A stretch of DNA of 57,629 nucleotides from a virus (IMGVR_UViG_3300020044_003994:1-57629), one strand, 5' to 3'. Counted from the first letter of the stretch, positions 24,801 through 35,748 are shown. Translations and numbers: made by a program. Notes: generated from the sequence alone by a model not told the origin.

Positions 24801-27800
24801 GCAATACCTCATCGGCAGACACAACAGGCTTGGTGTTTGATCTATCGTAGAAGAATGAATGGCGCAACGGATCCAGGCTAACCTGTGACCACGCAGGATC
24901 TTTCATCTTTTCTTTGACCATCTTGAAGATTTCATCTGGCGTCATATTGACCCAGGTTCCCTCAATGGTTTGCTGCGGTGCTTTTTGTCCTGCACGCCCT
25001 TCTTTCATTTGAGCAATGCCAAACGCCTTCTCTTCAGAACGGATGGCAAACACAGCATTCTTTAAAAATCCAGCCGACTTGTAGCTGATATTCTTTCCAG
25101 CCGCCGCATTGGTTGCGGGCTTGCCTTCGTGAATAGACACTACGCTGCCATTAACTCCGTTGGCTCTTCCCCACTCCAACGCAGGGATGTCCATTCGCAA
25201 GCCAACTTTTGTGCCGTCTGCAATAGGGGCATTAACAAGCTTAGGATCTTTTTTCTGAGGAATCTGGTGTACCAAGATTTCCCTCATGAGCGCCTCAACA
25301 ATAGGAATTTCTAGCTTGTCACCAAGTATTTCTCTGATGGGCATATAGTAATTTACATACTCATCATACTGTTGCTTGGTAATGTTTCCAGCCTTTAGCT
25401 CACGCGCAGCAAGCACAACCTGTTCATTGCGGCCTTCTTTTAGCTTGAATCCCTTGGGCGCAGTTAGCTTGGGAGGAGCTTTAGCAACAGGCTTTGCTGC
25501 TGCCGGTGGCGCAACCTTCTTCGTGCCAATGCTGCGACCAATAGCCTTCTCGGTTACCTCTGTGGGGGTTTCTAGCAATGTATCTGCCGCTCTGACCACC
25601 GCATCCAAAGCGGTTTCATATTGCGCATCTATACCCAGGAACTTCCTGAATATCTCTACCAATCGGGTCAAAGCATTGGTGTTGCCAACCTTTACAGTTT
25701 TAAGGTAGTCCTGAAAATCTGGATAAGTTAAACCCCATGAAATTAATTCTTTGACGTTCTGAACGGTGTTGGCACCCTGAGCAATTGCGTCAAAAATTGG
25801 ATGCTGTTTACCCGCCCTTTTGTCGGCGGCAATCTGCTTTTTTACTTTATCAAGCACAACAGTTAAGTCGTTGTACTCTTTTCCCCGTGCGCTCAGCAAA
25901 GGAACGGTGGCAGCATGAAGCAATTCATGCAAGATGGTGATGTATCTTGTGCCCGTACCTCTATGCGCTTTGCCATTTTTTAATCCGGCAAATTTTAAAT
26001 TACCAGCGCTTAAATTAATTGCGTAACTAAATATGCCACGGTAACTTAAGTCATCTCGGTTTAAAACGGTAACAGGTTTATTGAAAAAATTCCTGTCATC
26101 AAGCTCTTTAATTCGAACCAAGACCTTTTCTGCAACAGCTTTTGCCGCACTGTTTGGCGCATTGTCCACAGCCCATTGAGCAAGCTGAGTAGCGGTCATG
26201 CCCTTTATCTCTGCGGCAATTTCCTCCATTGACTTCTTGGCAACAAAGTCTTTTGGCTCCGGCAGCGCCGGGGGAAGGCCCGCATCTACTGTTGGTTTTT
26301 CTTCTTTTGGAGGGATTTTTTTAATACCGTCAGTCTTTCTTTGGGGTTTAATGACTGAAGAATTCTTAATAGCATCTGCTTGTTCAATTTCGGCTTGGGC
26401 GATAAGTTCGTTGATTTCATCTTGGGTAAATCCTTCGCTGATGTATGTTGCAATTTCGTCTATGGTGTACTGATTTTCACCAATGGTGTATGACTGCGAT
26501 CCGCTTGTTGCAGCAAACAAAGCGTTGCGATATGCACCATTAAATTCTTCAATAGATGCACTAGGCAGGCTGTCGCTTAATTCTTCTCTCAGGCGATCAA
26601 TATCTACGCCAGCAGAACGAGCTTCTTCCTCAAGATCTTTCAAGCTTACTTCGGTAAGATCTTCTTTTGGCTGCTCGGCCATCTCTCCAAGCTCTAAGTT
26701 TGTGCTTGGAACAGCTTTTAGCTTTTCAAGCTGATCCTGTATCTCTGCTTTTTTATTTTGTGCAGCCTCTATCTTTGCGGCGGCTTCTTCGGTTCTATAG
26801 TCCCCATTGCGCAGCTTCTCTGCAATATGTTCTATCGCTGCCTGGGCATCAAAGTTTTCATTGTCGGAGCGGTTTTCCGTTGGCAAAAACGCATCCAGCG
26901 CACCATCGGCCACTAAGTCTTCCAAGAGAACGCCTTGCCCGCTAGCGCTGTACAGCTGACGCAAACTCTTTTTGTCTTTGTCAATATCGGCCAAAGAGAA
27001 TGCGCCGGGCCGCTCCACAAGCGTTCCCTTGAGCATGCTAAACAGGCTTCCCTTTTCAGCCTGCGCCTCTTTTATTTCCTTGTTTACCTCAACCAAAGCA
27101 GCCTGCACTTCTTTTATTTCTTGCTTTTCTTCTGGGGTAAATTCGACCTTTTCTACACCCCTGGGTTTTGTTTGCTCAGTCTCAATAGGAACAAACTCAG
27201 GCGCTTCTGGCTCCACGGGCGCAGCAGCCTGCGGCTCAGGAGGTGTAGCGGCAGGGGGCGCTTCCGCAGGTGGTAACGTTTCCACGCCGGTTGGCGCAGC
27301 GGCACTAGGAACCTCGGTTTGTGAGGGTATACCCTGATCGACAGGTGGTAACGTTTCCACGGCAGCAGGCACGCCCGGTGCTATTTCTGTGGGCGGCGCA
27401 GCAGGTGGCGGCGGAGGTGTGCCTTGACCAGCGGGTGGGGCGGCAGGTGGTAACGTTTCCACCTTGGCCTCTGGACGCCGTGCAGCACCAGCAATGGCAC
27501 CCATGCCACCGCCACCAATAGCAGCCATACCAGCGGCCTGACCAACGCCAGCAAACAGATCCTGCTCAGGGTTGACCTCACGCATAGCCAAATTCTGAGA
27601 GAACTTGCCGCCACCCTCTTCAACCATCTCGCTTACGGACTCGCCCAAAGCGCCTTTACCGGCACCCAGAATGCGACCAGTTTTCCCTGGGACTCCAGCA
27701 AATGCCTCTTCCAAAGTACGTGCGCCGGGAAGTCTCTGGGCCAACAGTGAGATCAAAGCGCCAGACGCACCAGCAGCCCTAGCTAATCCCAAAGCTTTCT

Positions 27801-28608
27801 GAGCAGCTTCCGGCTCAGACATACCCTTGGCTATCGCCTCTTTGTAGATGTCTTCATAGGCACCAGCGCCTATATCAGCACCCTGCTGTACGGCGCCAGT
27901 ACCAACAGCAGCCTTGACACCAAGCTCACCGGCTTTCTTGGCCGCGATCTGCTTAGCCGCCACCTGGGCAGCTTCTTTGGCAGCGCCGCTAGCCACCAAT
28001 GCAGCAGCTTCACGGGCAGTAATACCAGCAGCAGTAAGTGCAGCAGTGCCGCCACCCGTTAACAAGGCTGGAATAATCTGTGGAATCTGCTCCACCAAGA
28101 AGCCAACAAGCAAGGCTGGGTCTTTGACAGTCTCGCCAAAAGCCGTAACACCGGCAGCAATCTGCCCGGTCTTTTCAGCTTCTTGTACCTTCTGCGCCCT
28201 GGCTTCTTCTTTAGCCTTGAGCGCCGGGGACAGCATCTCTTCCCCATACTTCTTGATGTCTTCACCAGCCCCCAACAGACCAGTTTTAGAGAAGTCTCCA
28301 GTAGCCAAGCCATACAACTGACCCGGTAACTGTACCAACGAACCAATGCCAGAAACAAACTTGCCGCCTACGTCCTTGGCAGCTTCACCATATGTCCTTT
28401 GAGGAATAGGCTTGGCTGTAGAAACCGCTTCTTCTTGGACAACAGGCGCTTCTACGCCATACTTTTGCCGGATGGCAAAGCGGGTTGCATCATTTGCCTG
28501 GGAATAGTTGGGATCCTGTGACGCATACTTATTAAAAATGGCTTGCTTGGTAGCAAAGTTTGCATTTACATAATTTGGGTCAGCAAGAACTTCTTGTAAA
28601 GTGGGCAT
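21874..28608 (-). CDS. Giant internal virion / polyvalent protein with HExxH motif and C-terminal LPD38-like domain
   Basis: 2244 aa; LHELLHA; WDRDNFW...RIPKPFEIG; last gene of the virion operon. Confidence 0.75.
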   Translation of the reverse strand: MPTLQEVLADPNYVNANFATKQAIFNKYASQDPNYSQANDATRFAIRQKYGVEAPVVQEEAVSTAKPIPQRTYGEAAKDVGGKFVSGIGSLVQLPGQLYGLATGDFSKTGLLGAGEDIKKYGEEMLSPALKAKEEARAQKVQEAEKTGQIAAGVTAFGETVKDPALLVGFLVEQIPQIIPALLTGGGTAALTAAGITAREAAALVASGAAKEAAQVAAKQIAAKKAGELGVKAAVGTGAVQQGADIGAGAYEDIYKEAIAKGMSEPEAAQKALGLARAAGASGALISLLAQRLPGARTLEEAFAGVPGKTGRILGAGKGALGESVSEMVEEGGGKFSQNLAMREVNPEQDLFAGVGQAAGMAAIGGGGMGAIAGAARRPEAKVETLPPAAPPAGQGTPPPPPAAPPTEIAPGVPAAVETLPPVDQGIPSQTEVPSAAAPTGVETLPPAEAPPAATPPEPQAAAPVEPEAPEFVPIETEQTKPRGVEKVEFTPEEKQEIKEVQAALVEVNKEIKEAQAEKGSLFSMLKGTLVERPGAFSLADIDKDKKSLRQLYSASGQGVLLEDLVADGALDAFLPTENRSDNENFDAQAAIEHIAEKLRNGDYRTEEAAAKIEAAQNKKAEIQDQLEKLKAVPSTNLELGEMAEQPKEDLTEVSLKDLEEEARSAGVDIDRLREELSDSLPSASIEEFNGAYRNALFAATSGSQSYTIGENQYTIDEIATYISEGFTQDEINELIAQAEIEQADAIKNSSVIKPQRKTDGIKKIPPKEEKPTVDAGLPPALPEPKDFVAKKSMEEIAAEIKGMTATQLAQWAVDNAPNSAAKAVAEKVLVRIKELDDRNFFNKPVTVLNRDDLSYRGIFSYAINLSAGNLKFAGLKNGKAHRGTGTRYITILHELLHAATVPLLSARGKEYNDLTVVLDKVKKQIAADKRAGKQHPIFDAIAQGANTVQNVKELISWGLTYPDFQDYLKTVKVGNTNALTRLVEIFRKFLGIDAQYETALDAVVRAADTLLETPTEVTEKAIGRSIGTKKVAPPAAAKPVAKAPPKLTAPKGFKLKEGRNEQVVLAARELKAGNITKQQYDEYVNYYMPIREILGDKLEIPIVEALMREILVHQIPQKKDPKLVNAPIADGTKVGLRMDIPALEWGRANGVNGSVVSIHEGKPATNAAAGKNISYKSAGFLKNAVFAIRSEEKAFGIAQMKEGRAGQKAPQQTIEGTWVNMTPDEIFKMVKEKMKDPAWSQVSLDPLRHSFFYDRSNTKPVVSADEVLQVGRFVLAKNVKYAPREEFLYESVGEEQVEEESLGDKLKAKASAALQKRKPLSPTSFQDVPPDFLEKANPIFAPQRKTIVERIEEMQDRFWQRLSQGIADQFRTIKEYSEDAYILARMSKTVDGALEGLMFFGQVFNDGGALNIKPDTKGMIEVLKPLGNEVDRYQMWVALNREADLPANKRSNIDNLDELVSRRDELSAGEIDGKPREQVYKAVRTEMNKLNRSVLKVALDAGLIDSTANAIDRLRDRINVAQNNENLSDAKREKEIEELEAQIEELQKNPIGYERFIADINYIPFYREMEDGDVSKVMTSSGLSNQHFSKALEGGVSPFADLMENTLRNWSHILSASMKNQAAAASLTAAEKLGGAEPNLKVPYYIIDGKVYYRSNDEMVGDGSVKSWMTESGKGTVKAMVDGQPVYYQVLDPLLLDSITSIGYMGPKSKFLDVARGFKNVLQFGVTISPAFKIRNLFRDSISAMAVSDLKKNPFANVVNGWALSNKNNPAHMSALAGGALFNFGSIVEGDQAALVKRLIKMGVKEEHILDTPAKIKTQLKKAWDKYQEFGNKSESANRMALYQQMKDKGYGHLEASYYARDLLDFSMQGSWPAFRLLTQVIPFLNARTQGLYKLGKDGINPTVRVFYNSITGKPIEQTDRQKAESFGIVTGAVCFASLALYFAFKDDEEFKKRDEWDRDNFWWFKLPGMEYALRIPKPFEIGAFGTLAERTAEQIFDQGAEGKQFEQSLKRMITDTFAVNLPQFVKPLVDLYANKDSFTGAPIESTGMERLSKQERATDTTSPLAIALGGLTKVVVPGEGLSPVQVDYAIKAYFGWLGGTIAESSHYAVMPFKDGAYPDTKWVDKVSVGFIKSLPSNQSKYATAFYENNKEISQAYADMRHYAEIGDSAKVLKILEEKQDKIGLAKFYDKTAKNMAKVRLQIRMVTNDTSMDGATKREEIDRLKELISMMAEQAEETRKSMK
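27272..27460. repeat. GGWAACGTTWCC sites 6-8 (27272, 27347, 27449), encoding VETLPP x3
   Basis: CAGGTGGTAACGTTTCCAC three times. Confidence 0.9.
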
Positions 28609-28611
28609 GGC

Positions 28612-30126
28612 TTACTTCAGCAAGGGATTGGATGTGTCTACTTTACCAGTGGGGCCACCTAGCGTATTCCTTCCAGAAGTTGCCATTCTTTCATCAACTT
28701 TTTTCTTCATATACGCCTCTACGTCAAAGGGCACACCAGACTCTTTGGCTTTTTTCTGAGCTTCACTTATTTCCTTCATGTACACCCCAGCCGCCATGTT
28801 TTGTCTGACATTATCTTCGGCTTGGTCGCGGGTCATTTCACCCTTAAATCCACCCGTAAGAGCCCGCACACGCTCATAAGCCTCAGTTGGACTCAGACCT
28901 GCTGCAACGTAGTTGGCAATAGCAACGGAATCAATGGACGCCGATGGCGTGCTGTGCAATCTAACTCGCATATCACGATCAAGTCGAGCAATTCTTTCTT
29001 GCGTATCTTTGCTCATCTGCGCAATTTTTTCATTGGAATTAATCAAAAGAGTTTGACGAGCCATATCGTTCTTTGCTCTTTCTTTTTCTGTTTCCAAAGA
29101 AGCAAGACCTTGCGTTTGTGCAGAGTACATCTGACCGCCAACAGTACCGGCCAAACCTCTTTGTCGAGCTTGCTCAGTTGTCATGCCGGTAGCAGCAGCC
29201 ATTGCCTCTTCACGTTGCGCTTTGTCAAGGCCACCATACAACTCATTCAAACGGCGTTTCTGCGCAATATCAGCAGCTTGCTCTGCCGCTTGTGACTGCA
29301 AATAAGCAGGGGCTGCACCACCCAGACCGCCCTGACCCATGCCGCTTAACACGGCAAGCGCTCTGTTTAGGTTACGATCTTTGAGCATTCCCTTGTATTG
29401 CTCTTCTTCTTGAGCCAAGCGCCTCCGCTGCTCTTCGCCGTACTCACCTTTCACTCCAGCCATCTGTTGGGCTTGCAATCGGTCTGCATTGATTTGAGAT
29501 AACTGTTGAGGCGTCAACACCGACATTGCAGCTTTTCTAGCAGCTGGATCGGACAAGATCTCTTGCAGGTTCAATGGCTTCTCAGCAGCAGGTGGTGCTG
29601 GCATAAGATCAGCCAAAGACGGTACTGCTGTAGCAGCTTCAAGCCTGCGCCGCTTCTCTTCTTCAGTCTCTTGGACTACGGGCACTTGATTGCCTTCAGC
29701 AAAGGCAATGATTCCACCGCTGCCAAACTTAAACATATCATCTCGCACCGGCAGACGTGCAATACCACCACTTGCCGCAGCAAACTCAGGCTGCTCTTCT
29801 TCCTGCATGGACGGCTGAGGTGTGCCAGGAGGCACGGGCATAGGCTGCTGCTGAGACTGCTGAGCCATTTGCTGTTGGGCCATTTCCTGCTGCTTAGCCT
29901 GAAGGGCCATCAGTCCAGCTTTCTGCTCAACCTGCTCCTTAACAGTAGGCTGTTTACCTTGTGCAGCTTGCTGACTCGCAGCCATCCTTTGCTGCATAAC
30001 CTCTCTGCGCTGCATCTCGCCCGTAGCCATGTAGGCAGGAACCATTGGATCCTTGCCGTTGGCATACTCCATTAGCTTCTGAACAGGAACGTCTTTTAAA
30101 TGCTCATTGATTTGTACGAGATTCAT
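28612..30126 (-). CDS. Putative internal virion (ejection) protein
   Basis: Q/A-rich helical protein; SGGI motifs; position. Confidence 0.6.
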   Translation of the reverse strand: MNLVQINEHLKDVPVQKLMEYANGKDPMVPAYMATGEMQRREVMQQRMAASQQAAQGKQPTVKEQVEQKAGLMALQAKQQEMAQQQMAQQSQQQPMPVPPGTPQPSMQEEEQPEFAAASGGIARLPVRDDMFKFGSGGIIAFAEGNQVPVVQETEEEKRRRLEAATAVPSLADLMPAPPAAEKPLNLQEILSDPAARKAAMSVLTPQQLSQINADRLQAQQMAGVKGEYGEEQRRRLAQEEEQYKGMLKDRNLNRALAVLSGMGQGGLGGAAPAYLQSQAAEQAADIAQKRRLNELYGGLDKAQREEAMAAATGMTTEQARQRGLAGTVGGQMYSAQTQGLASLETEKERAKNDMARQTLLINSNEKIAQMSKDTQERIARLDRDMRVRLHSTPSASIDSVAIANYVAAGLSPTEAYERVRALTGGFKGEMTRDQAEDNVRQNMAAGVYMKEISEAQKKAKESGVPFDVEAYMKKKVDERMATSGRNTLGGPTGKVDTSNPLLK

Positions 30127-30143
30127 ATCTTTCCCTTAGAGAC

Positions 30144-32030
30144 TTAGCGGGTTGGAGTGGGAGTAGCAACTGTTGTTGGAGTAGGCGTAGGCGAAACCTG
30201 ACCCAAAGCCTCCAGCGATTTGTACAGCGCAGTAAGACCGGCAATCTGGCTGCTAATCTTTGCAATGTCGCCCTGCATATTCGTGGTTTCACTCGTTGTA
30301 ATGGGCAGGCCCGCAAGCAAGTTTTTCTGGAACTGCACCTTCTGGAACGGATCTTCCCGCTCTTCTTCAAACTGCTTCTTGTCAGCCGTAAGACCTTGCT
30401 GCTCAATGTCACGCTGAACCGCGCCAGCTGCACCCAGCTTATCAAGGCTAGTAAGACCGAAATTAGCACCGAACTGCCGTGATGCTTCTGTACTCTGACC
30501 AGCCTGCAACTCACGATTTTGATCAGCATTGAACTGGGCCATAGCCTTGTCGTAGGCCGTACTGTATCCCTGACCCAGAGCCGCTTGCATCTTATCCAAG
30601 ACGTTACGCTCACCTTCAGTTTTTGACAGGGCCGAACCGGAACTGCCAAATGCACCCATCTTGGTAGCTTGAGCTTGATTTGCCCGGTTGGTAATCTGTC
30701 CCTGACGGCGCAACTCTTCCAATTGCGGATTGAGTGCAACATTAAGAAATGGATTCATGTACGCCTGGGCAGCGTTGGTATCAAAGATGCCGCCCTTAAA
30801 TTGCGTAGGCGTATATCCCGTTGTAGCCACATCAGACAGACCGGCAAATTGCTGCTGCTGAAGGTCAGAGGCACCGGCAGTAAGCGGCCCTTTGTACCCT
30901 TGATATGGTGTGTTGGCTAGAGCCTGACCCTTGCCAAGATAGTCAGACACCATCGGCCCCGCCCAAGTAGAAAGACCTTGAGCAGTAGATGTACCTTGCG
31001 AGGTTATGGTGGGAGTCGGGACACCCGTTCCTGCTGGGCCTCCGCCTTGAAACTTAGCCACTCCACCGGCAGAAAAGCCAACCTCGCCCCCTGGCATGAA
31101 CTTATTGGGGTTGATTTTCTTGCCCTGTTCGGGGTTCCCAGTGCGTGCTTTGCGAACCCGAGACATCATTTCATACAACTTTTTGGCCCCGGCATCAGAG
31201 TTTCCATTGCCAAGGTGGGAAACGACATCAGCAGGAATCACAAACTCTCCATGACTCAAGGCAGCTTTTTGCTTCCCATCGATAGAAGAAGGGATCTTGT
31301 CAGCCATGCCGTCTGTTTCACCTTGTAGATACCTAGCCACGCCACCACGGGCAAACTGTGCTGGCATCAATGCAGCTACGCCGGAAGCTGGCTCACTGGT
31401 AACGTTACCAGTAGGAGTGGTAGTGGGTGTGGGTTCATATGCCATCCTAAACTTGCCCGCATACGGGTTAACCGATGGCGATGGAGCAGGTCTATACCCA
31501 GACAAAATGCCTTGCGCCTGGGTGGCGGCAGCAGTATTTGCAGCCTCTACACCGCCTGGGGTAACAAATTGTGTGTCAGTAAAGTAGCTCCGCCCAGCTG
31601 AACCAGGGACGCGATAAGGATCGTTGTATTCAACCTGTTTCCGCACGGCGGTATAGGTTGGGATGCTGCCCTGATATGAGTTTGATTGCGGCCTATCACC
31701 ACCCTGCAAAGCCTTAAGGGCCGTAGCAGCGGTACCAATACCAGCTACGTTAAACTTTTTTGTCTGAGGATCGTACAGATAGTTTTTAATGAACGAACCG
31801 GCAGCAGATCCAAGAGTGTTGATAGCATCTTGAACAAGTTGCATACCTGTTGGATTTTGAACAACAGCTTGCGCCTCATTTATGAGGGCTAAGTTAGCCG
31901 GATTATTGTAAAAATCTAGGTAATTTTGATATTGCGCCGCCTTATCTGCCGCCGATGTGTCTACGTCAACCGTAGACCAATCAAAATCTGGGGGGACATA
32001 TAAATCGCCAAAGTCAATTGAATCACTCAT
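30144..32030 (-). CDS. Putative internal virion (ejection) protein
   Basis: FARGG..G.TDGMAD.IP..LSHGEFVIPADVV domain; YMNPF. Confidence 0.65.
   Translation of the reverse strand: MSDSIDFGDLYVPPDFDWSTVDVDTSAADKAAQYQNYLDFYNNPANLALINEAQAVVQNPTGMQLVQDAINTLGSAAGSFIKNYLYDPQTKKFNVAGIGTAATALKALQGGDRPQSNSYQGSIPTYTAVRKQVEYNDPYRVPGSAGRSYFTDTQFVTPGGVEAANTAAATQAQGILSGYRPAPSPSVNPYAGKFRMAYEPTPTTTPTGNVTSEPASGVAALMPAQFARGGVARYLQGETDGMADKIPSSIDGKQKAALSHGEFVIPADVVSHLGNGNSDAGAKKLYEMMSRVRKARTGNPEQGKKINPNKFMPGGEVGFSAGGVAKFQGGGPAGTGVPTPTITSQGTSTAQGLSTWAGPMVSDYLGKGQALANTPYQGYKGPLTAGASDLQQQQFAGLSDVATTGYTPTQFKGGIFDTNAAQAYMNPFLNVALNPQLEELRRQGQITNRANQAQATKMGAFGSSGSALSKTEGERNVLDKMQAALGQGYSTAYDKAMAQFNADQNRELQAGQSTEASRQFGANFGLTSLDKLGAAGAVQRDIEQQGLTADKKQFEEEREDPFQKVQFQKNLLAGLPITTSETTNMQGDIAKISSQIAGLTALYKSLEALGQVSPTPTPTTVATPTPTR
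31395..31412. repeat. GGWAACGTTWCC site 9 (perfect 18-bp palindrome)
   Basis: ACTGGTAACGTTACCAGT. Confidence 0.85.
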
Positions 32031-32031
32031 A

Positions 32032-35000
32032 TCATCTTCCTTCTAAGATTCTCAGGATTTCATCCATAGTAACTTCTTCCTGGGGAAAAAGCGCATTCAT
32101 ATAGCCGCCCTGGGCAATTTTAACTACCCTCGGCTGATCTTGGGTATCTTTTTTCTCTGGCGTTGGAAAGCTAAAGAACCCCACATTTAGGGGATCTCTA
32201 AAGTCAAGTACGTTTGATGCCTCTACCACGGGTGGCGTTGTCGGTGCCGCAACAGCAGGGGATCCCGCCATCATTGCCGCTATCAATTTGTCCGCAGCCG
32301 TTTGTTGACGAGTTTTAAGCTTTGGCGCAGGAGTAGGCGTAGGGGTCGGCGTTGGTGTCGGCGTGGGAGTCGGCGTTGGTGTCGGCGTGGGAGTCGGCGT
32401 TGGTTCCGGCGTAACAACAGGCGTAGGGCTAGGCTCCGGCGTAACAACAGGCGTAGGCGTTGGTGTAGGTGTTGGTGTAGGTGTGGGACTAGGACTAGGA
32501 CTAGGACTAGGACTGGGCTCAGGCGTGGGGCTGGGGCTAGGGCTAGGCTCAGGCTCAGGCGTGGGCTTAGCAGTAGGTTCCGGCGTGACTGTAGGCGTGA
32601 CTGTAGGTGAAGTCGTGGGCGCAGCTGTGGGTGTGGGTGTAGTCGTAGCTATTTGAGGCGCAATCGTTTTGGCAGTCAAATCCATCTTAATGGTTTGATT
32701 TGGATTTACATCATATGGAAGCGTTACCGTTTCCTTTTTGCCATCGTCATGCGCAATCACAGCTTTCTTTGTTGCAGGGTCATAAGACACAACAACAAAG
32801 TCCTCAAACCCAGTTAGAAACTCATCTCCGCCTACGTTTATGTCTGGAATGACTTTCTCTGGTTGTTGATCCAAAATTGTTTGTCTTGGTATAGAGCTAT
32901 CATTTTTAAAAGTAAGAGGATCTTCTGTTTGAATAATAATATTGTCATCAGCCCCTGGGCGTGAAATATTAATGAGGTCTGTTGACCGCATGGTTTCAGG
33001 GTTGGCAGCCTTAAACAATGGTTCACCACCACCATTTATGTAATCAAACAATGCTTTATTTTCATTTTTTAATGTTGCCGCTTGTTGTGTATTTATGTTT
33101 AGTACATCAGCAACACGTTGCACATCAGGCGTAACAGGCACTGATGATGGAATATATTCTTCTCCACCTATAAATTTAGGCGTTGTTATTTTTGGTGTAG
33201 TAGTTATTAGTCTAGGGTCTGTTTCCGCAAATTTTGTTCTTGCAGACTCAGCCGTACCGGGGTCGCCACCTGTTGTTGGTATTTTTGCAATTAAAGGATT
33301 TGATAGGCTAATAGGATTATTAGGATTTTCAGGAACCACAGAGGCTCCCTGCAAAAATGCCAACGCACCTGCGCCGCCAAAAATACCAGAACCAATAACA
33401 GCGTCTTTTACTTTTTGACTAAAAGTTGCCGCTTCACGTAATGCAGTTTGCCCCGCCTGAGTTGACGCCAATCTGGCTAACAAAGCCTGTGTCTGTGCTG
33501 ATGCAGCACTTCCTAGAGCAGAGGCGGATCCTGTAAATGCAAGCTTGTCATCGCCTATACCTTCTAATTCGCTTATGATTTGTTGAGCTTCATTGCTTAT
33601 AAGCAAATTAGGCGATAAATCAGCATCCATAAACCTAAGAAGCGTGTCATACGCAGACTGGGTCGTAAGTGTTTGAGACTCTGGCCGTTCGCCAACAAAC
33701 TTTTGCACCTCGGCATCAGTAGGATCTCTGCCAAGCACACCCTTCAAAAAGTCTTTAGCTTCACTTCTATCTGTTACCAGAGGATCTAATTGAGCATTTA
33801 TTGCCGCAATCGTTGTAGCCTCGTCCCGTGGGCCAACAAAATTCTGCAACCCCTTCATTTCATCAGCGCTTGGATCCCTGCCGTACACAGCTTTAAATTG
33901 CGCCCTTACCTCATCAGCATCGGTGTAAAAAGGGTCGGCTACTTTTTCTCTAAACTTTTCATCAGAGATTCCTGCTTGCCCCCAAATCGTGTCTGGATTT
34001 GGCGCGACCTTAGATAAGCCCTTTTCGGCCTTAAGCATTTCAATTGCATCGGTCAATTCAACTAAGCCGTTGCCATCGTAGTCGTATTTTTTATCCTTAT
34101 CTTCAGGTTTTTTATCATTGGTAACTTCGCGCAGAACCTCTTGAGCGTCTGCGGTTGTCGGGATGTTTGCAATATATTGTTTAATTTCCTCTGGGGTGGC
34201 ATCTCTTCCAGTAACTTCTTTAAAGATGTCAGATTTGTTTTGCCAATCTTGATACTCGGCTTTGGTGTCAAGGCCCAAAGTTGTTGCCGTTTTGTATTCA
34301 CCGGGCGATTCAAATCCAGATATGGTGGCAGCGGCTTTCTCTGCATCGCCATTCCAGCCCTCATTGCGGGCTAACGCATCACGATACTCACCAGCATCTA
34401 ATATGTTTAGCCTTGCAGCATCTTGCTTCTGTGACCAGCTTACCCAATCTTCGTCCCTTGCAAAAGCATCAAGTTCTTTTTGTGGGATCTTGTAATCGTT
34501 ACCATCCAGGGTATACGTGTCAAAGCCATTCTGAAGAGAAAACTCCTTCTTGGTTTGGCCCATATTTTCATAGGCTTTGTTGCTTACTTCTTTAGGAGTT
34601 GCATACCAAATAACTTTGTTTAGCTCTTCAGGTGTTGCATCTCTGCCAAATTCTTTTTGGTAGTAATTATTTGCATCTACGCCGTTTTTAATGGCTTGCA
34701 AACCAGCAGTCGTGGCGGCAACCAAGGCAGCTTTAGTTGGGTCTTGCCCGTTCAATTTGGCGGACACTGTGGCAGTGAAGACCCTTTGAACGCTTGTCGG
34801 AAGTTGTGCAAATCCATCGATCCTGCCAGCTATTGACCCAATGGCTCCACCAACACCGCTGGCTACCATTGCCTTGACAGGATCAGCCCCGGTCAACCCA
34901 GCAACAACCGCACTGCCAACTGCGTTACCAACAATGCCGTTTGCAATAGTGCCAAGATCTAAAGCTCCGCCAATAGCGCTTCCTACCGCGCCAGCAACCA

Positions 35001-35748
35001 CTGGAGTGAGAAAAATTGTGCCAATGGTTGTGGCGGCTCTATTCCAATCTCCAGTGATCAAACCCTGACCAGCAGCTTGCCCCATAAGATAAGCAGAACC
35101 CGTTCCAGGGCCAGCAAATATATCAAGCAATACTGGCGTTAATGGCCCAAGTCCCTGCAAAGCCTCGCGAGCTAATTTAGAAAAGGGATCGTTATTTTGA
35201 TAGTATTTGTAAGGCCCGTACCCAACTTGACGCCCATCTTTTGTTATAAAGTCTTGCCGGAGTCTTTTTTGATCACCAAGGGCGTCGATTGCTGTTGGCT
35301 GTGTAATATACGAAAGAGTCTCACCAAGACCAAAACTTGCATCAGGAAATCCAAGGCCAACGAGAGGCGGGTCATTTGGGCCAATTTTGTATTGGCTCCA
35401 TTGAAGTAAATTTAATTTATTAAACTCATCTACAGGCCAAGCAAACCCCTTGCTTCCAATAGAGGTTGGAAGCTGCCCCTCTGGCATAGTAATTTGAGCG
35501 GCATTTTTAAAAGTATTGGGATCAAGAAATTTTTGTGTATATATTTGATTCCCGTCAATTACTCTGCCTTTATTGACATAATCTTCTGGAATATATGCAT
35601 ATTCTTTTCCGTCAACGCCATAAATAAAAACCTGCGGAACCGTTTGACCCTTTACCCAATATCCCCATCTTGGTTGATTATTTGGTATTGAGTAGTCAGT
35701 ATTTAAAAACTTGGCGTTTTCTGCTGCTTGTTCTTCTGGTGTTGCCAT
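32032..35748 (-). CDS. Large mosaic virion-associated protein with GRDxTxxE repeats, EF-hand-like loop and PT/PS linker
   Basis: Start reassigned to MATPEEQ; see findings. Confidence 0.65.
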   Translation of the reverse strand: MATPEEQAAENAKFLNTDYSIPNNQPRWGYWVKGQTVPQVFIYGVDGKEYAYIPEDYVNKGRVIDGNQIYTQKFLDPNTFKNAAQITMPEGQLPTSIGSKGFAWPVDEFNKLNLLQWSQYKIGPNDPPLVGLGFPDASFGLGETLSYITQPTAIDALGDQKRLRQDFITKDGRQVGYGPYKYYQNNDPFSKLAREALQGLGPLTPVLLDIFAGPGTGSAYLMGQAAGQGLITGDWNRAATTIGTIFLTPVVAGAVGSAIGGALDLGTIANGIVGNAVGSAVVAGLTGADPVKAMVASGVGGAIGSIAGRIDGFAQLPTSVQRVFTATVSAKLNGQDPTKAALVAATTAGLQAIKNGVDANNYYQKEFGRDATPEELNKVIWYATPKEVSNKAYENMGQTKKEFSLQNGFDTYTLDGNDYKIPQKELDAFARDEDWVSWSQKQDAARLNILDAGEYRDALARNEGWNGDAEKAAATISGFESPGEYKTATTLGLDTKAEYQDWQNKSDIFKEVTGRDATPEEIKQYIANIPTTADAQEVLREVTNDKKPEDKDKKYDYDGNGLVELTDAIEMLKAEKGLSKVAPNPDTIWGQAGISDEKFREKVADPFYTDADEVRAQFKAVYGRDPSADEMKGLQNFVGPRDEATTIAAINAQLDPLVTDRSEAKDFLKGVLGRDPTDAEVQKFVGERPESQTLTTQSAYDTLLRFMDADLSPNLLISNEAQQIISELEGIGDDKLAFTGSASALGSAASAQTQALLARLASTQAGQTALREAATFSQKVKDAVIGSGIFGGAGALAFLQGASVVPENPNNPISLSNPLIAKIPTTGGDPGTAESARTKFAETDPRLITTTPKITTPKFIGGEEYIPSSVPVTPDVQRVADVLNINTQQAATLKNENKALFDYINGGGEPLFKAANPETMRSTDLINISRPGADDNIIIQTEDPLTFKNDSSIPRQTILDQQPEKVIPDINVGGDEFLTGFEDFVVVSYDPATKKAVIAHDDGKKETVTLPYDVNPNQTIKMDLTAKTIAPQIATTTPTPTAAPTTSPTVTPTVTPEPTAKPTPEPEPSPSPSPTPEPSPSPSPSPSPTPTPTPTPTPTPVVTPEPSPTPVVTPEPTPTPTPTPTPTPTPTPTPTPTPTPAPKLKTRQQTAADKLIAAMMAGSPAVAAPTTPPVVEASNVLDFRDPLNVGFFSFPTPEKKDTQDQPRVVKIAQGGYMNALFPQEEVTMDEILRILEGR
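32328..32645 (-). repeat. Hexamer low-complexity repeat encoding (PT)n/(PS)n
   Basis: GGCGTT/GGTGTC/GGACTA tandem units. Confidence 0.85.

Noticed and set aside
32302-32656. Gly-Val and Arg-rich + strand ORFs
   Set aside because: Antisense reading of the PT/PS linker repeat
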